Positions 9,654 through 23,294 of a stretch of 64,000 nucleotides of DNA are shown here, one piece after another. Position 1 is the stretch's first letter, and each line of letters opens with the position of its first letter. The notes below the pieces were generated by a model. That model saw only the letters and a program-made list of their open reading frames with translations, was not told where the DNA came from and did not search any database. The stretch is from an uncultured Acidobacteriota bacterium (GTDB lineage: Bacteria; Acidobacteriota; Blastocatellia; RBC074): NCBI GenBank assembly GCA_963796275.1, contig CAWCKY010000004.1, positions 608,001 to 672,000 on the forward strand. The letters run 5' to 3'. Both the position numbers and the translations under genes were made by a program.

Positions 9654-12600
9654 TCAGAACTGGAACCGCGCGACGATCTGCCCGCTACGCGGACGAAATC
9701 CATCAGGCGGATTATTGTTATAATTGACGAATCCATAACCGTTCGTCAGCCATCCCAATGGATTCCTGTTTATCGTATCGGTGGGATTGATGGACGAGGG
9801 GGAGGGCAGGTATAGCCGGTTTAGGATGTTGAAAAACTCGGCCCTGATCTCAAAACTCATTCTCTCTTTGATTGGGAACCTGCGACCGAAGTTGAAGTTC
9901 TCCGTCACCTGACGCTGCCAGCGGAAGTCATTGTAGTAACCGGCGGAATATCCGAACTGTCCCAACGGCGCATCTGTCCAGGCGGCGGGGTTCAAGACGA
10001 GCTCCTGCCGAGGGTCGATGCATCCGCAATTGGGGTCCTTCAGGTATAACGGCTGTCCCGGCACACGATTCTGACGCGTTGTCTGATAAATCAGCGAATC
10101 GAGATTGTTGTTGGATGTGGGTGCAGCGATCAGCGCGCCGCTGGCATATCGAACCATTCCGCCTATAGTCCAGTTCCCCAAAATGTTACGGACCCAACGG
10201 TTCGCTCCGGGACGCGGCGTGATGTAAGTGAATCCGGATACGAAGATGAATGGTTGCGAGGTGGCGGCGAGCGATTTCTGGGCATCGCGGTCGAAGGCGT
10301 TGTTGACGGTCGCGCCCCCCAGACCTGGGTTGCCTCCGCTGCCCAGCACAAGCTCTTTCTGCCAGGTGAAGGCAGCCGTCATTTCGAGTCCGCGTGAGTA
10401 GCGCTTGGTCAGCTTGACCTGCAGCGAGTCATACCAGTTGTTCCCCACGGGCGCCCACCTGACCGCCAGGGGGTCGTTGAATTGCGGGAATGGCCGGAGC
10501 GATTGCGCGACGGTGGCGGAACCGGGGAAGCCCGCATAAGGACTCGTGAATCCGCGGGCGGCGGCCAGCGGCGAGTCGAGTCTCGCTGTCAACAGGTCCC
10601 GATCGGCAGGATTATTGAGGTCCAACCCCAACGCGCGAAGACGAGCCGGATTGATTGCGTTTACATTGACCAGATCGTTCGCCTCGAGCCAGACGCCGCG
10701 ATTTCCGACGTAAGCGAGTTCGAGAACGATATCTTTGGTCAACTCGCGCTGCAACGAGATGTTCCATTGGTTAACGCGCCCCGGCCGGCCACCGTTACGA
10801 TCCTTCATCACCCCCCACCAGAAGGCGTCGAAATCGCTCGTCTGGCCAGGCAATGGCCTGATGCCCGGATCGAAATTGGCCGAATAGAGGTCCGCCTCGT
10901 TGTAAACCAGACCATTCTTCAGCAGACTCGCCGGCACGCCGAAGGCAGGATTGCTGAAATCGATCGAGTTGAAACCAAGCCCCAGAGTAGGCGATCCTCC
11001 GGTGACGTACCACCAGTTGGCTAACTGGCTGTATGTCACACCCCAACCCGCTCGTACCACGGTCTTGTCATTCAACTGGTAGGCGATACCGAGCCGCGGC
11101 CCGAAGGCATAGGGATAGGTCTCAGTGAACGTACAATTGCAACGCCCCTGACCATAACCTTCATAAATGAATCCTCCGGGCAGTCCTCCCGCCGACGGAT
11201 TTGGTGTGGACAGATCGATCTGACTGCTGCGGTAATAGAGTTCGTGCCCCTGCCCGCCATAATCCCATCGCAACCCGTAATTGATCGTCAGCTTCGGCGT
11301 TAGCTTCCAGTTATCCTGCGCATACAGGCTGAGCGCTTTTTTGCGCCACTGGGGATCTTTCACGGCCGAGACGGTCGCGGTATCGACAAGCCCCATTAGA
11401 AAACTGGCATAACGGTACCCGACACTTCCTCCGCCTGTCGTGGTAGATTGCAGGTAGGGGAGACCCGTCTGTTCTTCATTGAAAGATAATCGGCCCTGCG
11501 CGGCTGTCAGGTTGACGTCGCTCCAGACCTCCTGTTTGAACTCACCGCCAAATTTGTAGGTGTGGTTGTTGCGCACCCAGGTGACGTTCGCGACCGCCGT
11601 CAATTTGTCGTTCCAGAACTTATTGGCTTGAGTCGGGCCCATCGCGTTCATCCCGCCCCGGTTGCCCTGTAGATTACCCAGGTTTGGACCGACGATTCGC
11701 GGGAAACCAGACGGATCGGTAGATGCGCCTGTAAAACCGATTCCGCTGGCGGCGTCATAGTTGATCACATCGTCAGGTGCGCTATCGGGGTTGTGGAAGC
11801 GTAGGTAGCCGGCTCCCAGGTGAAGAATGAATCGGGGAGAGATGGTCTGATCGAGGTTCACCCGGAGCGTATGCCCGTAGATCAATCTGATCGCGGCGGC
11901 CAGTGATCGGAATCGGTAATCCATCGGCACCTGTGATCTGTTGTGTGTTTTGCACCGACCAGTATCCCGAAAGTTTAGAGGTATCGCTTATATTGTGGTC
12001 GATCTTGAGGCTCGGGATGCTTTGAAATCGCTGGTTAGGAATCCTGGGATCCCAATTATTCTGAAGCTGCCCATTATCCGGATTGGGAATGAGCGTTTGA
12101 ATATTCAGCGCTACCGGGTCCAGCAGTTCTGTGGGGATAGTATTGTTCGGGAATGGATCGCGGATAATCCCTGTTCCGATGGCGGTGCGTCCGGTGGCAT
12201 CATCGACAACGCCCGCGGTGACTTGCCTGGTCGTACGTGGATCGTAAATCGCGTTCTCGATTATCGGTCTCTCCAATAAATCGAACCCGAGTTGGCGTCC
12301 CAATGCTCCGCTGAAGTTGCCCTGGCGGTATGCCTCTGTAGGTACGGTAGACAGCGTCCCCGACGATCGCGTCACATTGCGATATCGTTCCAAATTGAAA
12401 AAGAAAAATGTCTTGTTCCGGCCATCATAGAGCTTGGGCAGATAAATGGGGCCGCCCACGGTGAAACCGTAATCGTGCTTCCGGTCGAGCGATTTGGGCG
12501 CGCGCGATTTACCGTCGGCAGATGAAGAAAATGGGTTATACGAATTGAAGGCCTCATTTGTAAGATATTCGTACGCGCTGCCATGAATCTCATTCGTGCC

Positions 12601-13335
12601 CGACTTTGTGGTGAAGTTAAAAAGTCCGCCGAGGACCTGGCCGTATTCGGCGGAAAAGCTATTGGTTTGAATCGAAAATTCACCGATCGTCTCGACCGAA
12701 GCGGCGGCAACGGTGCTGGTCCAGACGGTATCGTTCGTGCTGGTGACATCCTGGCCTTCGAGATATATTTTAAACGAGCCACCGGGAGCGCCATTTACAT
12801 TCGCCGTGTGCGTGCTTCCGGACACGCCGGGTGAGAGCTGAATAAAGCTCAACCAACCGCGGACCGAGTTGGTAGCGCCGAAATTGAGCGGCAAAGAGTT
12901 AAAAAGCTCGCCGCTAATGTTTGTGCTCTGCTCCGCGTTCTCTGTCTTGAGAAGCGGCGACTGGGCGGTCACCGTCACGAAATCCGAAGGCTCTCCGACC
13001 TGAAGCGTGACATCGACGCGCGCGGTTTGCGCGAGCTGCACGGTGACGCCCTTTTGCAGGTGCTTTTTGAAGCCGGATACCTCAATGCTCAGATCATAGG
13101 CGCCGACAGGCAGCATCGCGAGCATGTAGTTACCGGTTGTAGTGCTCACAGTTTGATATTTGACGCCGGTCTCCACGTTGGTTGCGATCACTATCGCGTT
13201 GGGAATAAAGGCGTTCTGCTGGTCAATGACATTTCCGGTGATGGTTCCGCGATCGGTCTGCGCAACCGCGGTACAAGTTAGCAGGAAAAAAAAGATCGAA
13301 TTTGACAGTAGCCCCGTCAGACTTCGCACGCTCAT
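9654..13335 (-). CDS. TonB-dependent receptor with N-terminal carboxypeptidase-regulatory-like domain (Oar-like), frameshift near 11885
   Basis: Start MSVRS at 13335 after AAGGAGG; AQTDRGTITG, FSAEYG, TKSGTNEIHG, QDNWK...LTINYGLRWDY, C-terminal ARFQF; two overlapping ORFs. Confidence 0.9.
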
Positions 13336-13749
13336 GATGTCCTCCTTACTGGTCGCCTTGTAACTCGATAGATATGGTTGGCCCATGTCTCGGATGGCGT
13401 TGTATTTTAGGGGGTTCCGGCTGATCGGACATCTAACTTTAGATATATCTGATTTGATATGTTTTCCCTGTTTCCGCCACAGTAAAAAGATAGGGGTTAA
13501 TTCGATTGACGCCCTCATCGTCCCATGTCCCCCCAGCTATTGACTGACGGCCTTTCGAAACCCTCACATAGAAAATATAAAAAGAACATATAGTTCATAC
13601 ATATGCAGAGCTGCCATTCCCCGCGGATGGTGCCTTTAAATCGATTAAAGTCTTCAGTCTTCAGTATTTGATTTTCAGTCGAGAGGTTTCGGTCGGCGAT
13701 TGAAAACAAAAACTGAAGACTGAACTATTTTCTGAGGAGTAACTCGGCT

Positions 13750-15405
13750 GTGAGCAATAAACTGAAGACACAATCCAAAAACCGGAATCATAATGAGACA
13801 AATGAGATGGCCAAATGGACGGTGATGGTCTATTTCGCTGCAGACAACGACCTCGACGAGGAAGCCATCGCCAATTTGAAAATGATGAAGCGAGTGGGGT
13901 CGACGAAAGAGGTCAATATTGTCGCACAGCTCGATTCGCGCGGAAGAGGAAGCACTTACCGGTTTTTATTGCAGGATGAACTGTCGTCACTCGACGAGGA
14001 CGTCGTGGGTGAACCTTTGCCTGAGGTCAATACGGGTGATCCACGTGAACTTACAGATTTCATTAAATGGGGGATGAACGAATTCCCGGCCCAGAATACT
14101 ATGCTGGTGCTTTGGGGCCACGGGCGGGGGTGGGAGAATCAGGATAACGCAGTACGCGCCGCGCCACTGACGACAGATGTCATCCATTACAAGAAGCGAG
14201 GGGGCGCAGAATTACAGGGATGGTCGGTAGCACGCACGGGTAATCGCGAGATACGGCGATTCATACGTTCAGCTAACGAGATCGATTCAATGAAAATCGG
14301 CAATATATTGCATTCGGGAGGACCAATTACCTGCCAATATGCGGGAGGATACGTCGGTCAATATCTTCCCGCCGGTCAATTCAAGGACCAGGAGAATGAA
14401 GACGTGGTGGGATTTCTTACGGATCAGACGTCAGATGAAGCGTTGGAGTCGTCTCAGGACGTGCTCAGGATGGACGAACTGAGCAGCGCGCTTGCAAAAG
14501 CGCTCGACGGTAAAAAGAAACGAAAGATCGACATTCTCGGTATGGACGCATGTCTGATGGGAATGATAGAAGTTGGGTACCAGGTCAGGGAGTCGGTCGA
14601 TTATCTGGTAGCCACCGAAGACACGATCCCGGACGACGGGTGGCCATATGACAATATACTCGCGCGTTTAGTCGATTGTCCCGATATGAGCCCGGAAGAT
14701 TTTTCGGCAACGATCGTCAGGGAGTACCTGATTCATTATCGCGAGTACGAGAAAGACGTCGCGAAGTCCGTTTGCAACCTTAACCGGAGCCAATCGCTTG
14801 TCAGCTCATTGAAGGGGCTCGCGATGGAGTTGAGGAACAGACTCTCCGAGGATGAAGTGAGAGTTGCGATATTGGGCTCACGCGCAACGGCGCAGACTTT
14901 TTATGTGAAGGACTATGTCGATCTCTATGATTTTTGCGCCAAATTGGAAAAGCTATGTCCGGACGAAAAGGTAAAATCAGGATGCGCGAAGATAATGAAC
15001 GTCATCCGCCGGAGCAAACAAGAGGATGGTGAAAAAGGGAGCCCATCACAGGGTCACGAGAACAACTTCGTTTCCGAATATGGGTTCATCGGTCACCGTA
15101 TGAGAGGTTCAAATGGAGTATCGATCTATTTTCCGATCGTAGAGCCATCCTCGAAATACGCAGATCTGCCATTCGCAAAAGACTCAGAATGGTATGGATT
15201 CCTCAAAGAGCTCGCCGGTTTATTCCCCGAGATCGGCGAGGATGTTGGAGCGGACGGATCGGCCGCTCTCGGGTCAGGTGTGAAAGCTGATGGAGGTTGT
15301 GAGGGTCTTAAGACGTGCGCTGGAACCGAAGAAAAATTCGGCCAGGGAATGGTACAGATAGTGCCGCCAATACGCGGTAGAGAATGTGCCTCGCGGAAAG
15401 ACTGA
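13750..15405 (+). CDS. Clostripain-like cysteine peptidase (family C11)
   Basis: WTVMVYFAADNDL, VNTGDP..L..FI, WGHGRGW (catalytic His), DACLMG (catalytic Cys), G(V)SIYFP. Confidence 0.9.
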   Translation: MSNKLKTQSKNRNHNETNEMAKWTVMVYFAADNDLDEEAIANLKMMKRVGSTKEVNIVAQLDSRGRGSTYRFLLQDELSSLDEDVVGEPLPEVNTGDPRELTDFIKWGMNEFPAQNTMLVLWGHGRGWENQDNAVRAAPLTTDVIHYKKRGGAELQGWSVARTGNREIRRFIRSANEIDSMKIGNILHSGGPITCQYAGGYVGQYLPAGQFKDQENEDVVGFLTDQTSDEALESSQDVLRMDELSSALAKALDGKKKRKIDILGMDACLMGMIEVGYQVRESVDYLVATEDTIPDDGWPYDNILARLVDCPDMSPEDFSATIVREYLIHYREYEKDVAKSVCNLNRSQSLVSSLKGLAMELRNRLSEDEVRVAILGSRATAQTFYVKDYVDLYDFCAKLEKLCPDEKVKSGCAKIMNVIRRSKQEDGEKGSPSQGHENNFVSEYGFIGHRMRGSNGVSIYFPIVEPSSKYADLPFAKDSEWYGFLKELAGLFPEIGEDVGADGSAALGSGVKADGGCEGLKTCAGTEEKFGQGMVQIVPPIRGRECASRKD

Positions 15406-15408
15406 AAA

Positions 15409-18400
15409 ATGATCCGTGTAACCCTATCGATAGTTTTTGTCATGCTGTGTGCGATCGCATTGCGGTTAGACAGCGAACCGATATTCGCAATCGGGCATCA
15501 GGATCCGGACCGGCGAATTTCACTGGAGACCGGAGAGCCGATAACCGCTAATCTGATCAATGGCCGGAAGAACTTCTATCAAATAGAGGCTCTTCCAGGC
15601 CATTTTTTTCGATTAATCGTTAGTACTGTTGATTTCCCGCTCAAGATAGCGATATACGACCCGAACGGCCGTCTTATACGTGAAGGGCGGAGTCGCCGTT
15701 TCGGACCGGTCTCATTCTCGAGTATTGCCTCGACAGCCGGGCGCTATCTTATTGAAATCAGTACCAACGAAGGAATAACACACGAAGGTGTTTATGACAT
15801 CCTATTGCAGGATAACAGGCAGTTCGAAGAGGTGGATAAAATCCGCATCGCCTCTGAACTGGTCTTTCACGAAGCCCAATTGTTGGGTGAAAAGAATGGC
15901 GCAGAGCTTCGCCGTCAAGCGATCGAGAAATACGACCAGGCGATTGCAGGATGGCGCGAACTCGGCGACCGCCGTGAAGAAGCGATGACGCTCAACAGCA
16001 AGGGCATCGTTCTCATTAACGACAACGAATATCAGCAGGCCCTTGATTGCTTCACTCAAGCCCAACCCATCTGGCGATCGATAAATGACGGGGAGGGGCA
16101 GGCTGAATCGCTCTCCTTCCTCGCAAATATTTATTCCGATTTGGGGAATCTCCGGCAAGCTCGCGAGAGCGCCCAACAGGCGCTGGACCTGTTGATACCA
16201 TTGAACCGATTACGCAGTCTAGCGCGCACGAAAACCACGCTCGCAGTCATCAATATGAAATTGGGCGAACCCCAACAGGGGCTCGACCTGTATCGCGAGG
16301 CGTTAGAGCTCAATCGACAAATCCACAGCCTTACGGGCGAGGTAATGGCTCTCAATGGTTTGGGTTACGCGTACTACGAAATCGGCGATGATTGGAATGC
16401 GATCGACAGCGCCACGCAAGCGTTACAGGCGGCCGAAAAAAGCGGTAATCGAATGTATCAGAAGATAGCGCATACCACCATCGGGGCGGCATACGTCAGA
16501 TTGGGCGATACGCATCGAGCCCTGTCGCATGAGATGCAGGCGGTGGCGCTCAGCCGGATGATCCGTGATCGGAGGTTGGAAGCTTATTCATTGAAGCAGC
16601 TTGGGACTATCTACGAAGCTCTCGGTGAGAGAACGAAAGCGATGGACCATTACGAGCGCGCGTTGCAACTCAATCGCGAGGTCCAGAACCCCCAGCAGGA
16701 AGCCGTAACGCTCAACAAGATCGGCTTCATGCACGAATTGAACGGAAACACGGAGAAAGCGCTTGCGTTTTATCGCGAATCTCTACCGATCAGCCGGAAG
16801 GCGGAAATACCGGCGGAAGAGATACGTTCACTGCATAACATCGCGCGCGTCCTGCGCGATCTGGGGTCGCTCGATAAATCGCGAGTACAAATCGAACAAG
16901 CCATCAAATTGATCGAGTCATTACGCGTACGCGTGGGTGGCCGCCAACTCAGAGAGTCGTATTTCTCTACCGTGCAAAAGAGCTATGAACTCTATATCGA
17001 TGTTCTGATGCTCCTGCACAAGCAGCGACCCGCCGAAAAGCTGAACGAAATCGCCCTTCAGGTGAGCGAGCAGGCGCGCGCGCGCAGCTTGCGAGAGATG
17101 CTCGCCGAATCGCGCATCGACTTACGCAAACATGTGCCGCCCTCTCTGCTTGAACGCGAACTCTCCTTGCAACAAGAACTGAACAGCAAAGCTGTTCGCC
17201 AGCAAAATATGCTTAGCCGGCCTCACTCTCAACAAGAGGCCGATATAATCGCGCGCGAAATAAGATCTCTTCAGCTCGAGGAGGATGAGATTGAGCGACA
17301 GATACGCGAATCGGCACCCCGCTATGCGGCCTTGACGCAGCCACAACCGCTTACAAGCAAAGAGATACAGCAGCAGTTGCTCGACGATGACACTGCTCTG
17401 TTGGAATACGCCCTCGGCGATAACCGCAGCTATCTCTGGCTCGTTACGCCGCAAAAGATCATCAGCTATGAACTGCGCCCACGCGGCGTGATAGAGAAGA
17501 CGGCTCGCCAGGTATACGAACATCTGGTCATGCGCGAGTCGCTCAATGGAAATAAGCCAGAGAATTACGAACAACGCGTAAGGCATATCAGGGAGGCGGA
17601 GAAAAAATACAGGATTGAGGCGGAAGCGCTCACTCAAATGATCCTCGCTCCCGTAGCATCGGAACTCAAACAATCGAGGTTGGTTATCGTCGGCGATGGG
17701 GCGTTGCTATATCTGCCGTTCGGGGCTTTGCCGCTCTCCGTACCTGCGCCCACCAGGGATATAAACAGGTCGCGTCGGGATGTCTTTGTTCCTTTTGTCG
17801 ATAAATACGAAATCGCCAATCTACCTTCAGCCTCAACGCTATCGGAATTGAGGAAAGAGATGGCCCAACGGCAGCCCGCTCCGAAAACTATCGCAGTCAT
17901 AGCCAATCCGGTCTTCACTCTTGATGACGACAGGTTTGCCATTCCCCGTAAACTCGCGGGTGGCGCATCGTTGTCTCCGCCTGTTCCCAATCAACTATTA
18001 CGCGCCTGGGAGACTGGGGGTGGCGAAAAAGAGATACCAAGCTTACCGTTCTCCGAGAGAGAGGGGAACGAGATCATCAAACTTGCGCCGCCCGAATCAA
18101 GCCTGCTCGCGATGGGGTTTAATGCCGATCGCTCGCTCCTGGAGAGCCGTCAAATCAGCGAATACCGATTCATCCACTTCGCTACCCACGGGCTGATGAA
18201 TGGGCAGCACCCGGAGCTTTCAGGACTTATTCTTTCTCTTTATAAGCCGGACGGGCAGAAGGTAGACGGGTTTCTTCGGATGCACGAGATTTACAACCTG
18301 CATCTTCCGTCTGATCTGGTCGTGCTCAGCGCATGCCAGACCGGAATCGGCAAGGAGATAAAGGGGGAAGGCGTGATCGGATTGACGCGCGGTTTTATGT

Positions 18401-18615
18401 ACGCCGGGGCTTCACGCGTTATCGCCACCTTGTGGAAGGTCGATGACGCCGCCACGGCCGCGCTGATGGGGCATTTTTACCGTGGTTTGTTACAGGAGAA
18501 TCTCACGCCCTCTGCCGCACTCAGACAAGCAAAGATGAAAATAATGCGGCAGAATCAGCGCTGGCGTTCACCTTACTTCTGGGCTGCTTTCGTTTTGCAG
18601 GGGGAGTATCGGTAA
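15409..18615 (+). CDS. TPR-repeat CHAT-domain (caspase/HetF-like) protease with signal peptide
   Basis: N-terminal signal, many TPR repeats, SEQARARSL, IHFATHG, LVVLSACQTG, PYFWAAFVLQG; starts 3 nt after the C11 stop. Confidence 0.92.
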   Translation: MIRVTLSIVFVMLCAIALRLDSEPIFAIGHQDPDRRISLETGEPITANLINGRKNFYQIEALPGHFFRLIVSTVDFPLKIAIYDPNGRLIREGRSRRFGPVSFSSIASTAGRYLIEISTNEGITHEGVYDILLQDNRQFEEVDKIRIASELVFHEAQLLGEKNGAELRRQAIEKYDQAIAGWRELGDRREEAMTLNSKGIVLINDNEYQQALDCFTQAQPIWRSINDGEGQAESLSFLANIYSDLGNLRQARESAQQALDLLIPLNRLRSLARTKTTLAVINMKLGEPQQGLDLYREALELNRQIHSLTGEVMALNGLGYAYYEIGDDWNAIDSATQALQAAEKSGNRMYQKIAHTTIGAAYVRLGDTHRALSHEMQAVALSRMIRDRRLEAYSLKQLGTIYEALGERTKAMDHYERALQLNREVQNPQQEAVTLNKIGFMHELNGNTEKALAFYRESLPISRKAEIPAEEIRSLHNIARVLRDLGSLDKSRVQIEQAIKLIESLRVRVGGRQLRESYFSTVQKSYELYIDVLMLLHKQRPAEKLNEIALQVSEQARARSLREMLAESRIDLRKHVPPSLLERELSLQQELNSKAVRQQNMLSRPHSQQEADIIAREIRSLQLEEDEIERQIRESAPRYAALTQPQPLTSKEIQQQLLDDDTALLEYALGDNRSYLWLVTPQKIISYELRPRGVIEKTARQVYEHLVMRESLNGNKPENYEQRVRHIREAEKKYRIEAEALTQMILAPVASELKQSRLVIVGDGALLYLPFGALPLSVPAPTRDINRSRRDVFVPFVDKYEIANLPSASTLSELRKEMAQRQPAPKTIAVIANPVFTLDDDRFAIPRKLAGGASLSPPVPNQLLRAWETGGGEKEIPSLPFSEREGNEIIKLAPPESSLLAMGFNADRSLLESRQISEYRFIHFATHGLMNGQHPELSGLILSLYKPDGQKVDGFLRMHEIYNLHLPSDLVVLSACQTGIGKEIKGEGVIGLTRGFMYAGASRVIATLWKVDDAATAALMGHFYRGLLQENLTPSAALRQAKMKIMRQNQRWRSPYFWAAFVLQGEYR

Positions 18616-19246
18616 AGAGTAAAGAGTTAACCACAAAACTTAAATCGATTATTAAATTCAGCAGATAATTGTGTTACACAACCGTTACCGGTACTGATCC
18701 GCGTAAATCACTCCTGCCAGATGAATAGGGCTGAGCTGAATCTAGCTGATGAAGATGCATCCCATCAAATACTGCCTACTGTTAACGCGACTGTAATGTG
18801 ACATTGTGAGAGATAACCTCTCAAGAACCCTCTTCGATTATAACGTTAAAATATAGTGCCAACCTTTTGGTATTGAAGGATTGTTTGTCTTGAATACCCT
18901 GTGTTCGTCGGAGCCGCTTACGGGGAATTTGTAAATGAATAACCTTTTGTTGCGTGAGTTAGAAAGAGTGGATTTCCCAGAAACCGGATGGTGACAAATG
19001 ACAAAACCGGCAGGGCAACGAGTCAGATCACAGTCACCATCCGTCCTTTACCCCTTGCCCTTACAGGCATGGCTGAGGGGCGCATTGAACTTCATAAAAC
19101 ACCCCTGACACGTCAACCCAATTGCACATTTGCACACAATTTCTAGTGTAGAAAATGGAGTAAACATATCGGGGAAATTTATTTGAGGATGATTGATCTG
19201 AAATATTGTGATAAACATCACTATTGATATATGTCTTCGCCTTCTT

Positions 19247-20206
19247 CTATCGCTTCAACACCTGAAATGTTGGCTGGCTCAGGTGATCTACATTACCAGT
19301 ATTATTTACCCCGCTCAGCGTCAGGGTATAAGCACCGGTGGTAAATTCGCTTGCCGACAAAGTGATGGTAAACGTCGCGACTGAATGGTTTAGTTTTGGA
19401 CTGATGCTTTCATTGCTCCAGATTTTTGCTCCGCCTGAAGATTGTATATCGGCGCGATAACTGGGATAACCGCTATCCTCCATTTTGTAGATCAACTCAA
19501 CTTTATCTGTCTGCGGCAGGATGACTAGTGGCGGGGTGATACTACCATCTCCGCCTCTCAGAGTTCCATCTACCATAACGTGTTTGATGGTTACTGGAAG
19601 GGTTGTGCCCAACGGCGATTTAGTCGTCTGTGGCTGGAGTCGCATCCGTAACTTATCAATTTCTTGCGCCAGTTCGACGTTGCGTTGTTTCGCGCCGTCT
19701 ATCTCCTTCAGAAGTTCCATCTCCCGACGCATGCTATCCAGGCGGATTGCGTTCGCTTCAATAGGCAGCTGTCTGGATCCCTTGACTAACCAGCCTCCCC
19801 CCAACACGATCGATAAAACCGCAGCCGCCCCCATCAAACCCAGAGCCCATTTATAACTCGGGTTCGAGGTAGACGCGCTCTCTCTTGATAGCGTCTCAAA
19901 TACCGATACCTTGCTCCGCTGCTTTACTACTTCCTGGTCAATCCGGCGCAATAGAACATCAGCAACCTGAACTCGCAGCCGTATGTCAGGAGTCGTCAAA
20001 TAATAGCGTTCAAATCGTTCACGTTCGCGAGGCTCCAACCGCTTACGCAAATAATCGGCTATCAAGTCACTCTCGACTTCACAAAGCAGCGTGTAAATCT
20101 CGGAATCGGTGATGAACCGTTCCTCCACAGCAGCTTGTTCAATCTCAGATAATTCGCCTAACAGATACCTTATTAGGTTCTCTTCAGTTATTGTTACATT
20201 TCCCAT
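19247..20206 (-). CDS. Putative membrane-anchored anti-sigma factor
   Basis: Likely start MGNVTITEENLIRYLLGELS; duplicated helical YL.G.L motif, single TM helix, coiled coil, Ig-like C-terminus; directly downstream of ECF sigma. Confidence 0.65.
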   Translation of the reverse strand: MGNVTITEENLIRYLLGELSEIEQAAVEERFITDSEIYTLLCEVESDLIADYLRKRLEPRERERFERYYLTTPDIRLRVQVADVLLRRIDQEVVKQRSKVSVFETLSRESASTSNPSYKWALGLMGAAAVLSIVLGGGWLVKGSRQLPIEANAIRLDSMRREMELLKEIDGAKQRNVELAQEIDKLRMRLQPQTTKSPLGTTLPVTIKHVMVDGTLRGGDGSITPPLVILPQTDKVELIYKMEDSGYPSYRADIQSSGGAKIWSNESISPKLNHSVATFTITLSASEFTTGAYTLTLSGVNNTGNVDHLSQPTFQVLKR

Positions 20207-20466
20207 GGGCAAGGCACTCCAACATTCAACTTCGAAATAATTATATACACTGAACCTCGCAAGACGCCCGTCAGGATGATCGGGGGCTACATATACGTTA
20301 TTGATAGCACAGGCATTAACAGTCAATTTGAGCGACGGACTATTTTTTGGAGGAGTGTCTCAAAAAACACTCAGGGAGTATCAATGCGTTTAGCTTGCAA
20401 CAATTGCCCGTACGCGCAGTTTGGAAATTCGTTTATTCAGTGGCGAAAATGGAAATCTATATCGTG

Positions 20467-21048
20467 TTATTTTTTTAGACATTCGAGAATACATTGTTCC
20501 AGTTTCTCTCTTAACCTCTGTGCTCGATTGGCCAGTGCGTCGCGGCGCAATCCCAGGCGTTTGGCCAACGCTTTGCGTCGGTCAATCCTATCTCTTTGAG
20601 AATCTTGATAATACTCGATTATTAGAGACCTGCTTTCTGGTGGAAGTTGCTGGAGACACCGATCCAGGCATTGCAGCATCCTCTCCTTCTCCGTGGAATC
20701 ATCGTCCTGGTTAGACATCGTATCTCCCAGGACGGATTCTTCCAGTGGAACTCGTTTATTTTCTCGGGACTTGAGTCGTTCTAAAAGTATCAATCGCGCC
20801 ACTTCATAGCAGTAACTGTAGATGTTTTTTATCTCTACTCCCTCCAGAAGCCTGCGGGATACCCGATCGAAAACCTCATCTGCGCATTCTTCGGCGAAGA
20901 ATATTCCGCGCCCGTTATAAAACCTGATCAGCGCCCTACGCAGCTCTTCATACTTCTCCCCAGCGCGTTCATGCTCAGCATCGAAGCAGTCGAGGAGCTT
21001 CTTCAGCGAATCGCCAGTTATTGATCTGTTCATAGATTGTGACCGCAA
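20467..21048 (-). CDS. ECF-type sigma-70 factor
   Basis: AEECADEVFDRV (region 2-like), CLQQLPPESRSLIIEYY and region 4-like ALANRAQRLREKL. Confidence 0.8.
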   Translation of the reverse strand: MRSQSMNRSITGDSLKKLLDCFDAEHERAGEKYEELRRALIRFYNGRGIFFAEECADEVFDRVSRRLLEGVEIKNIYSYCYEVARLILLERLKSRENKRVPLEESVLGDTMSNQDDDSTEKERMLQCLDRCLQQLPPESRSLIIEYYQDSQRDRIDRRKALAKRLGLRRDALANRAQRLREKLEQCILECLKK

Positions 21049-21293
21049 TTCCCTTTAGCAGTGCGCCCTCGGCCAATTCATTGTAGTTCTAGTACCTTAT
21101 TGGCCACTACGATGTCAACTAACAATGGCGTGAAAACAGCTTTAGGAGGGAAAATTGGGGGATTTTGCCACGCAAAGACACAAGGACGCAAAAAGAGAGA
21201 GAGTAACAAGAATAGAAACAAAAGGAAAAGAAACTCCTTTTTTTTAATCTTCTCTCTCTTTACGACTTTGTGGTCCGCTAGAGATTCCCCAAC

Positions 21294-23290
<1,997 letters not shown>

Positions 23291-23294
<4 letters not shown>

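Noticed and set aside
13336-13518. N-terminal extensions in the ORF track (also 20207..20326, 24758..24904, 46979..47167, 52052..52147)
   Set aside because: Downstream ATGs have better RBS or signal-peptide context
15409-18615. Type III-E CRISPR (Craspase) component
   Set aside because: No Cas7-11, Csx30 or array, and this CHAT protein has a signal peptide; the comparison is only an analogy
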